64,000 bases of DNA from Tubiluchus corallicola (lineage: Eukaryota > Animalia > Priapulida), in assembly GCA_030141605.1 (NCBI GenBank), contig JAQGDQ010000351.1, forward strand, positions 1 to 64,000, in the 5' to 3' direction. Shown piece by piece: positions 11,601-22,900 of the stretch. Positions within the stretch are counted from its first letter, which is position 1. Every line of letters starts with the position of its first letter. Both the position numbers and the translations under genes were made by a program. The notes beneath the pieces were generated by a model. It did no database searches, was not told the DNA's origin, and saw nothing but the letters and a program-made list of their open reading frames with translations.

Positions 11601-14600
11601 AGAAAATTTTACTCCATACGATTTGGCTTATCAAAGCAAGCCAACAGCATCTGAATTGGCTCTTACAGGCCATGTTCCAAAGTAAGTACTATTTTCTGTT
11701 TTTCCAGAATTTCCATCCATTTACTGTAGAGGCTGAGCTTTGCTTAATTTGGGCCACTAAGCATGCACAGTTACTACTTGGCTAATATGCCTCGCTTCTT
11801 GAAAGACTTTCACAGTTTTGTGTCACTCAGCCAAGACTTAGGTGTGTGGTGCAATGTATTCTTGTGCAGCTCATTATGTGACAAGCTGTTACTTAGCATT
11901 TTATGTAGGCCTACTAATGTTGATGATTGTGGCTAGCATGCTTAAATTAATTTTAACTTAATCATTTATGTGCTGTTTTCCAGAACCAATCGAACAGCAA
12001 AATGGTTGAATCATTGGACGCGGCATGCGACAAAGCACCCTCCAAGGATAAACTGGTTGTGGTGGTGGTATGCTGTGATGCCAGCAACATCAGCTACCAT
12101 TATACTGAGCTTGTGCTATCTTCTTGTGCCAAATCATCAGGCAGGAATAATATTTGTATTAACACTTTCGGGAATATAAGACATTTCAGTATTTACTGCA
12201 ATGGAACTGCTATTTTCTTGTAATCGTAGCAGTGATAGAGCTGTTGTTGTTGTTGGAGGTGGCGGTACTGTTGGTGGTGGTGGTGCTGGTGCTGTTGTTG
12301 GCAGTAGTGGCGATGGTGGTGTTGGCAGTGTTGGTGGTGGTGCTGTTGGTGCTGGTGCTGCTGCTGCTGTTGGCTATCCTGTAGCTGGTGTGTTATGATC
12401 AAAAAAGATTGTGATAACTTCAGTAGTGTTACTGCAAGTTAAACAAGATGTGACACGGTTGTGGTCCTATTCTCAGATCCAGTGTAAATCATGGTCCCAT
12501 GTATATGGTCTGAGTCACTTTTTAAACGTTTATTGGGGCTTAGATTTTGATCCCTTCAGAAAATCAAACACCAGAAAATTACAATTAATTACAGATTATG
12601 AAATGTGTTACCAATTTTGAAATGGTTGCTTCTAAATGATATATATCATTGCAATATGCCAAATAAATATCAGAGTAATGTAAGAGAGCCCAGACCATAT
12701 TTGAGCTCAGAGACTGATCACCCAAAGGCTATCACTCAGATTGTTCAGGGTGGGATGCAACCTGCAACTCAATGTACTGCAGTGATCTGATGTCATATCA
12801 TGAGCATGGTACTATGAGCTATTGGGTGAGTAAAGTATCATTACTTCCCTGCTGGAGAATATATCATCCACCATAATTTTTTGGTTTTCTAATCACTTGC
12901 TAATAATTTTAATTTATGTATATAGTTTTGACATGCATCCAGCTTGAGTTGGGCCAACTTGAACTGAAGTCATTGATGACATCCTAACGTTACTCTCATT
13001 TGATTGCTATGTTAATGGTGGGCATGCCATCGCATGCCCAATTGTCCACCACTTCTGCTCCTATGCTGAAATAAGATAAAAAAGCTTCTTAGTTACTAAA
13101 CCGACATTGCTTGTTGCAGGTGGTCATAGCTGGACCTGGGTTTCTCTTGTTGACACAAATGATTATGCGTCATCAGCACAGGATAATGCATCCATCTAGA
13201 CTAGCCAATCCAATCTTCCTGGGACTGTTCCTGGCAGGCATGTCATTCACCACTGTTTGTTACGGATACATATTTTTCCCAGGTAAGGTTGTACTTCCTA
13301 TGTTGTGGTATTTAGGTATATTTTTCTCCACATAAGACACGCCCTAAAATGTTATAGGCCTCAGTTAGTCCTCATTTATTGTAATAAGAGTTTTTAATAA
13401 TATATATATGTAATATATGTGATGACCTCTAGTTAGTCGTTAAATATATAAGTTTATTTCCCAATTTGTTGTCAGTCTTCCCAAAACTTATTAATTAAAT
13501 GTGTAGAGAGGCTTACTTTTGCTTTTATTCAAATTCAAAATTTCCACTTTTTGATCAATGGTCAAAACGACTGTTTTTTTTTGACATAGCCCACCTTCCT
13601 TCCTTCACTTTACAGACTACATCCTCTTTATTGTTCTGCTGTAAGTAACACTACACTGCTCACTGCAGCAGTGACTAGATAGCTGCTGGAGTACTATTTG
13701 CAGTGCTACTTGCACGACAGAAGTGGCACTATAAAACGTGATATCAAAGTTAAACTCGTGCTTCTATCTCAAACGTCGCGTGTAATCATTAGGTTTCTAT
13801 CTGTCAATTGCCATTAGTATATATGCCCATCATAAGAGTAGCAATAACGGTTGTGGAACTTGTGGCCTAGGCCTCTACTTTCAGCAGGCTATTTTTAGCA
13901 TGTGTCTTGCTGAAAAAAGTGCTTTTTATAGGAAAGTGGAGGAAAATGGTAGATGTGAAGTATGCAAGTAATATTGTCAAATCTGCCTGCATAGTGTCAT
14001 GTGAATGTACTATCAGTGTGTAATTTCTAATTCTACCTTAGTTAAAATTGTCATGCTGACATGAATACAGTAGTGAAATCCTGTTTATTCTGCTACATGT
14101 ATTTTGTATCATCACAATAATTCTTTTTCTTCATATGTAGTTTTTTCATGAATTTATGGGATAGTTCAAAATGTGTGTTGCAGCAAATAACAGGGTTGTA
14201 GTTATGTTTTATCTTGTGACAGTACAATTTAGTTTCAAAATTTGTGTTGAATGGTTTATCCGAAAATAAACTGACATAATTGCAGTTGTTAATACAGTAG
14301 GCTATTGTCATTTTCTAATGTGAGATTTCTTGTATGTGAATTGTTTTTCTATTTCAGTTCTGTTTGCAAAGAATCCCCTCTTGCATTATTTTGGTATCTC
14401 AGTTCTTTCTGCTTCTTTCATCATGTTTTTCATGCTTTTGAAAAGAGATCCCGGTTTTGTCCGCTGTCCTCGCCCACACAGTGGCCATGTTTCTGGCTGG
14501 CAGACAGACAATAGAACGAACTCAATGCAGACACTAGATCACAAGCCATGTGGCAAGCAAAACTACTGTCATAGCAACGACGTTAATGGTGGTAGCCTTT

Positions 14601-15154
14601 GCTATGAGTCCCCATACATGACAGTGAATGACGTAGCACTGCGAAAAGTTCCACAAGAATGTTACTGCGGTCTGTGCGAAATCATCATTCCCGAACGAGC
14701 GAGGCACTGCCGACTCTGTGAACACTGCATCCACGAAATGGACCATCATTGTCTGTTTCTGATGAAGTGCATTGCTCGTGATAATCACCGTCTCTTCCTC
14801 ATCTTCATCATTGCTATAGTAATGTCAATGGTGCTGTTCCTGTTTTGTTCCTATTTGTATGTAACAGACTCCAATGAGTCATTAATGCCATTTGACGCAT
14901 TTCTTAACACTTTCCTTACGAAATGCATTGTGCCTACTCTAGTCATTGGTAATGTGTTGACTTTTATTTGGTGCTTGTTTTTGTTAAGATATCAATTTTA
15001 TTTAATATCTATGGGCAAAACAACAGTTCTAGACATTCAAAGAATGCCAGGTAATCAAATTACACTAACATTTACACAGAAATTGCTCAATGTTTTTAAA
15101 TTTTTCTTCAACATAAGACAGACAAGCCATGGCAGGGCAGCCATGTTTCTTTAA
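8637..15154 (+). CDS. Ankyrin-repeat DHHC palmitoyltransferase (ZDHHC13/17/Akr1-like architecture), 8 coding exons
   Basis: Exons 8637-8766, 9574-9714, 10379-10484, 11036-11168, 11467-11681, 11984-12140 (or -12155), 13120-13282, 14358-15154 join in frame. Ankyrin motifs (GLTALH, GETPFHLAAKRG, QTPLH, GNTALHYAA), TM helices, DPG, and CxxC..PERARHCxxCxxCIxxMDHHC domain. Confidence 0.92.
12229..12527. repeat. Degenerate (GGT/GCT/GTT)n tract plus ~170-bp dispersed repeat; homologous to 5650-6236 without the MITE
   Basis: 12345-12527 aligns with 5650-5693 + 6086-6236; trinucleotide tract explains Gly-rich/Gln-His-rich spurious ORFs. Confidence 0.8.
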
Positions 15155-18100
15155 TGGAATTTAAATGTAAAGCCTAGGCTTGGAAACACTGTACTACAGT
15201 GAATATTGATTAATTAAAAAGTATCAGTATACAGATGATATTTTATGTTTAAAACTATGTAGGTGGTTTGCTTAGAATTGCAGACTTTAAAGTGCCCCTT
15301 TAGCTGCAGCTTGTTGTCTTACAACTCACAGCACTGCTTTCTATATAATAAAATTTACGTCTTTAGAATTTATTTTGAAAGAAATAAAAGGTTGAGTTGA
15401 GTGAGAAGTGTTACTGAGAAGACTCGAAACGTTCTACTGGTCATATTACGAATATTTCATTTGCAGTTTTTCCAATATTCAAGATCATTTATTTCACTGC
15501 ATGAATAAATGCTGGATTTTCTAAAGCAATGAATTGAGGAGTATTGACTGCAAGCAGCAACAGTGCCAGCAGTTTAAGTAGGAGGTTCATTGTTTACATA
15601 GAATATTAACTTCCAGAAAATAGTGCAATGTAGAAAAAAATATTTAATTTATAATTAAAAAGGATGCGATTTGTGTTGTACATATTGGATTATAGTAGTT
15701 GGATAAGTTGTAATCTGTTTGCTCTCTTCTGACTGAGTTATAATGATTTCTTTTTCTTAATAGTAAATGTCAGTGCATTCTGTGTAGACTTCTGTGTACA
15801 AATACTGTTTACAGAGCCATCAACTAAAATTATTACTATACAATTGAAGCTAGTGTTTCTTTGTTAGAGTCGGTGCACAATATGCATAGAAACCACATTT
15901 ATAATTTAAACTTGACGATTGTAGATGGATCATCATCAACTAATGCACTATAAAAGGTATAATTCAGAAAACTGCTGAAGAAATGATTTCATTGCAAACA
16001 AGCAACATATAGTTAAATGTAAGTCCAGAAGAAGTTAGGAGCAAAACTGAAGTCTGGATAACAGTCTGGATGGGTACGAATACATTTTCCAGTGATATAT
16101 ATAGGTAGATTCATACAATACCCTGAAATCAATTATATATGACAAATAGGAAACTTATCAAGTGGAATCAATGTCTGAATATGCATGTACTTAGCATGAT
16201 GGATAATGGTGGCAAGTTTTGTTTTAAAAAAAGTGTTTCTACAATAATAATTTCTGCAAGACTCAATTTATCTTTTAGGTATTAATTTTATAAATGATTT
16301 CTTATGGTTGTAATAACAACATTTCTGATCTTTTTGTAAATGTGATTTTCTCGAATCTGTTATTTATAAATTATTACATTTTTTACATGGTTTATCTTTT
16401 GAAATATGTTGGAGAAAAATGAAATCCATCATTTATCTTTTGAAATATGTTGTCAAAATCATGAAATACTCTGCAAAATGGTATAGACCATTTGCGATTT
16501 GTCGCTTGGAATGGGCAACAAATGAAAATGCGAGGAGAGTGTTTCTGTGGGACTGAAACCCATCAAATAAACATCACTCCGGTTCATGATAGAGATCAAG
16601 AACCACCATTGGATTAATAATGAAAACAATCCATAAAAATGCAGAATTGAAGTGACACTGTGATTTGTTAGACTATAGAAGAAACGCATACTTTGAGACA
16701 TTGTCATTGAATCACACTTTTCAACGTGTAACAGATTGTGTGCGGTCAAGACAATCCAGTGTTAGTGCATTTTTTGGTGTGACATATATCACTGTAGTAT
16801 GCAAGTGAATATGGTAAACGCTGTATCAAGTAAAAGTCGGGGATCATTCTAAAATTCCTTAAAAGGCAAAATTTAAGCAGTGCGGTGCAGCAAGAAGTCG
16901 GCAGAGTTATTTTGTTAGATAACAAATGACGTCAGAAAAGACATACAGTGAGCATTAAAGTAGGTGACAGATTATCTGAATCATAATTGTGAACTTAATA
17001 TTTTAATATTGCTGCGTTTGTGTGAGACATTTCATTGCAATATACAAAATAAATACCAGCTGAATGCAGAAGGCCTGTCTCCATCATGAATTAGCTCTGA
17101 GGTGATTCAAAATAAGCAAAAGAGGTAAACACCAGACTCTAAGTTATAGATTCATGGATTTTTTTCTAATAAGACAAAATGGCTACAAAATTTCATGAGG
17201 TTTGTGCAATGTGCAGTTCCACAGCTTCTTTTTAGTGTCAGTGGAGAGATGTCCGTTAGTCTGTGATTTGAAAGTGAAAAAGTCAAAATTGCTCCATTGT
17301 TGCAAATAAGGGGCTTTTGCCATTTATTGTTCAGATAATTAATGTTTGTTGGTAATGACTGTAAGTGATGGAATGCTTTGTTATATGTGCAGGGTCCCTT
17401 TTCCTATTTGTCACAATACCTTGATGGTTTTTTAAAGTATGACATTATGGCATAGGTCTGCAAGTTTACTAAGGTCCAGAACTTATATTGGGGCAAAAAA
17501 CCAATGTATTTTCCTCGATTTCAGCCATATGAGGTCTTTAATGGTTGAAAAAGGTCAGGTCAGTGAGCAGTTTTTCATCTGGTTTTCGCCGTTAAGTATA
17601 TAAAATTTAGGTCTTAATTCAAAAATAGCAATTGCTTTCTAATCAGTGAATTAACTAGTTTTCATCAGCTATACCAATGTACAATACCCAATGTAAGTCT
17701 TGACTTATTAATGAATCGCTGAGCAAACGAACTACAGCTAGGTGCACTAGCTCCAGTTTACATATAGACATATTTGTGTGTTCCTTTAGGTGCAGTGTGT
17801 GTAATGTAGATTTCAGGTCTGTAACCTTAACAGCTATAGTGCACATTAAGTGCACAGCATCTAGGCCCAAAAAGGAATTTCTTATCCGTCTAAAATTGTC
17901 ATTAGTCATTAGACATGCAGAAATTCTATCCCTAGGCCGTAAGGGTGAAGAGTGTTTCTTGACATGTTGGCTTGAAAATTAAAACACTAACAGTTTCTTT
18001 CCAAACAATGCTTGTAATAGTGTTAACATTTATTTGACTATAGATACATCATTATACCTGCCAGGCTCCTAACCATAAAATACATTTATAAAGTAGAATT

Positions 18101-19909
18101 ATTACTATTATACACTAACAGACAGTTTCTCAAAATTTCCAATTTACACCAATGTTGAAATAAATACAGTAAATGTTATAATGCAAATACCAAGTCAGTG
18201 TTCAGAAATTCAAACCTGTAACAGTTAGTAATCATTTTGTGATTAATATATGGCTGGCATCCTAGATACTGATACAAAATGCATGAAAAACCAAAGATGC
18301 AATTTTTTTAGAATTTACGTGAACTTATTACTCATCATTCATCAACGAACTCCTCGTTTGAAAAGGAAGTGTCATAGCAATGCATACTTCTGATTTTTGT
18401 TTACTATATTGCAATTTGACAAAGTCAGAAATTACGATTATGACAACAAAATATGTGGGACATTAAATAATATTACCAGGAATTGCTTCCTGAACAAAGC
18501 AATGCAGTACAAATAACTTTGCAAAAGTCAAAAATTCTTGTAAGAACAATAATTATTATTTACCATAATTAATTCAATTACTTTACACTTCATTTAGTAA
18601 ACAGATAAATATAAAGCTCGTGCCAATTAAAATTCTAATTTTAAGTTATGGTATATACTTAAAATTGGCAAAATCTGTAATACATTACAAGTTTTTACAA
18701 CAGTATTATGTATTCGAGTGCTGTGTAAGTCAGTCACTGGCACAATCATTTGCAAAATGTGAATAAATTATGCAAATGAATGCTATAGTTACACCATATC
18801 ATTCAATTATAATATTCCATTGTCATGTTGATAACAGTGATTGCATGAAACTGCAAATAAATAAATAAAACGTAAGTAACAAATAGATACAGAAGTTATG
18901 ATTAAAAATTCCCATCCTTGCAGTTCTACCAACTCTTATGATATAAAAATTAAATATATTTAAAAACCAGTGATATAAAGTATTATGCTAATTGTGAACA
19001 TAAATAGTCCCGCCATTAATCCCAAGATTTTGTTTCCAATTCATACCACTAAGCCACACTGTAATAAGCAAGTAATTGTGTGAATCTTTGGTTAGTCACT
19101 AAAGCAAATTAAACAATGATAAGTTTAACCATGGCAACCAAAAATGACAGTGATGACAATAATAAAACAAATTTCTCCTAACGATTCTACAAATTAATAT
19201 AGTCAAACCTCATTATAACTACCCTCTTTATAATACCAACATCGTTTAACGCTCACATTTTTCCCAAAACAAAATGTCTATATTTGTATAGACATGTATG
19301 TATTGATGCCAACATTTTTCTGGCCCAAAGACGGCAGTATAAAATGGTTTGACTGTAGAACTTCCATAATTCAAATTTCTTAAAAAATCATTACTCTAGG
19401 TAACCTGTCTGCACCAGAAATAATTTGGAAAAACAGTAAATACCTTCATGATTGTAACTGTAAGCACACTACTATTCTTCTTTCTTTGTGAAAATAGCAA
19501 AACACTGTTCACTTTACAATTCTGTAAGTTAATGCTGGAGTACATATGTCAATCACTTAACCATAATAGTAGCAAAATATGGCAAAATTCTAAAGACTAG
19601 TCTAGTACTAATTTGATTCCAAAGCGTACGAGTTTTTTTTACAAACTTACAATGCTCAATCTGAAGTTGATATAAAAGAAACATGCACATTTACTTTACA
19701 CGGCAAAACAAAGATTGAAAACCTGCTTTACGATGTACAATGTAGAACCAAATCAATTGCAAAATAAGTGTCATCAAAATCATTTGCACAATATCATAAC
19801 TACATAATATTAACCTCAACTTAATAAAATGGCATCATGATCCTCATAAATATTTACAGCTAAAAAACTGCAAACAACTTAAAAATAAAGAAAACAGACG
19901 AGGATGTTA

Positions 19910-22900
19910 CTAGCTGCTTGAGGATGTAACTCTTCCCCGAGCACGTTGCGCAGACTGGATTATCTGCATCAGACACTGTCCGAATTCTTTTAAGATCATC
20001 TGTTCAGTAACGAGTTTGGACTTGCCAGTTCTCTCCGCATCTCTGCCTTGTGCCATCAGGCAAGCACAGGTAGCTTCAATCGTTTCAGGCGTGATCAAAG
20101 TGAAAGGTAACCTATGAGAAACAGCAAAAAAAACATAATAGCAACTTCAAAACAGTTGCCTTCAAAACAAACATCAATCTCTACTGTCTAGAGAGTGGTC
20201 CGTGACAAAGATGACTCATAAATGCCAGAGGAAAACGTTTAATTTGCTAAAACAGTGTGAAAGACTGAGTAGTTTGCAAGTCTGTTGATACGTTGAAGCA
20301 ATGAAAAGGTCGACGGTAACAATATGGCAGCTGAGAAGTAATCATAAATACATGTACGCTAAAAAGTTACAGTTACAGCACTAAAGAGCTGCTACAGCTT
20401 TTTGCTTATGAAAACCTAGACAGCAATGAGCTGACAAAACCAACAACAACCATAAGCTACTTTTAATAGCAATGGTACTTTCAAAGCATGTATCAGGTAA
20501 TTCACAATTTCAACAACCTGTTTTGTCAAGACCTTTTTACAACGTTGATAATCCAAATTCTACCGCAATAAAAAAAAATTATTTTTTTTTAAGAATATAG
20601 GATCAATGTTATAATGTATAATGTATCTCTAATTTTTAACACTCATTTCAGCTAATAATATTAAAAATTGTTGCCGGTTACACTAAAGTTGAAGAGCTGA
20701 ACAATCGAGCATGAACATCAGTTGATACTTGATAACATGCTTGGAAAACAAGTAAAGTAAGAAATATGTTAAATGCTGTAGTACAAAAACAAACAGCATC
20801 TCCATTGGAAGCTGACATGGTTTACCTTTCTCCCGATGATCCAAAAGCCGACGGTCGTGGAAACTCCGAAGAAAATATGGAATTTGCCGCCGACTGCTGC
20901 TGCACGCGAACTTCGGCTGCATCAGCCAAATGCATGAGTGTCTTTCGTTCAGGTGACTCTTCATAATTTTTACATCCGATACACTTACAAGTGCTGGTAC
21001 ACATAATGCGAGCCTGAAAAACGATGTACTTTAACATAATAAATTATTAAAGACAATCAAGTAAATACACTAGAACAATATTAAATTAGAAAGTCTGACA
21101 AATTTTGCACCTCTACTCAGACTTGAACCCAAGACCTTTGAATTCAGGGCAGCTGTATTAACCATTACATCACCAAAGTAGGTACTCTGACTTTACAGAC
21201 TCAGAAATTCACATTATAAGTCAGAAGAGGTCTATAAATGAGGAATAACAGTCCACACTGTATCAAGATATAGTACGCCAATATTGCAATGCAATATGAT
21301 TAAAAAACAAGCACAACTGTTTTATAACCATTCGCAAAGCGCCACCCGAACAGAAGAGTATCAATGGGTAAATGTTGCTATAATTATTAATTAAATTGTG
21401 ACTAGCAGTAGAATTGTTTTAGCTCTTATTTGGTTTTTACTTGGGTTTGTCAGTTAAGACTCTTAGGCAAAGGCATAGCAAGGAGGGGGACGACAGAGGG
21501 CAATCGTCCCCAGGCACAATAGTGAGAGGGCGCAATTACTTTAATTATTAATTACTAAATCGACATTAGAAATATAACCATTTGTATTAATATCAATTTG
21601 TCAAGTAGATCTCAGATTTCTCTACAGGTGAGCAATGTTTTCGAACGTTTGAGCATCAAAAGCAGCCCTTTTATATCCACCATCATTTGATAAATTTCCT
21701 CACAATTAACGTAAGGCTGTAAGCTACATATCGGTTATAATAAGGTGCCATGCCTGCTCTGAAACCATAAAAATGTACAGAAATTTGCTTGTTTAAAATA
21801 AGTTCAAAAATACCTCGTAGCATTCGCAATAGTTTTTCAGACATCCAGATCTCCGACAATTGCAGCCTTTGCTATGCTTTCTCTCGGCTCCATCCCTAGC
21901 ATTTCCCTTACCTGAATGAAAAAATAGTATGGTACTCTTAATTTTGAAATAAGCTCGTAACAATTACATATACATATAATGTGTGCCTTTATCTAAAAAT
22001 TCTAAATAGATTAACTATATCATCGCGTGTGAAATAATAAAGAGAGACTTTTACGAGATGTTCAAATACACGAGCAAAAAGTTTTATATATTATCCAAGC
22101 TTGTACAAGCTCCCCTCAAGAAATAGCATACCAAATCACTAGTAAGATAAAAACTGTCATTATAGGAGCAAATCACGATAATGCAAATATTTTTTATTAA
22201 AAGTCGCTTCCATTCTGTAACGATATTAGGACATTTGAGCTTACAAGCACTATTAATTAAAAAAGGAAAAGAACTGAAAATGCCTGCAGAAAACAAGCAA
22301 AATAACTGGCTCTTAAATTAGTGTACTGAGCATATATTTTCATAAGTTTCATAATGTTGTTTTATAAACTTGATAAGGAATCAGTATTATATAACATGCA
22401 AAGTAAAAACAATCACCTATTTTTGGATGAAATGCATGAGGATTCCTAACAAGACAAGACTTGATGGCACGCGATCGTTCGTCTTCGTGCTCCAAGTTGT
22501 TGTAGCAATTTGCACAGTTGCAGTTTGAACAGAATTCGCCATTTGCAAAACAGTCGCAATATCTAAAACGAATAAAAGTATACGCAATAATTTACCTGCG
22601 TGGTACATATGCCTCTACTCAAACATCTTTTTACTGTTAGGTAAGACAAGTAAAAGTACACAAAACTTAAGCTGGAAAAATGAGTGCATATTTGAGAACT
22701 AGCTGACTTAAGTTAAGATAATATTCATTTTCATCTAAATTTTAACCTATACATTTTAAATTATAACTGTTTAACAATTTTTCACTGTAAATTTTAATTT
22801 TACTAATTTAATAGTTTACTATAACTGCATATTTTTACTCAGTATCACATGCAACTATTTTTTTTAAATTGTAACCGTATAATTATTTTTATTCTGATTG

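Noticed and set aside
12193-12402. Gly-rich (+) and Gln/His-rich (-) ORFs
   Set aside because: Products of a degenerate trinucleotide tract in an intron; the gene model is complete without them.
16391-16452. 21-bp direct repeat (similar small duplications at 23114-23180, 45652-45713, 50972-51012)
   Set aside because: Ordinary local slippage duplications with no sign of function.
21906-21916. AG|GTAAG at start of LIN54 exon 10 as a recursive splice site
   Set aside because: Explained by conserved Gly-Lys codons; introns are short; no supporting evidence.
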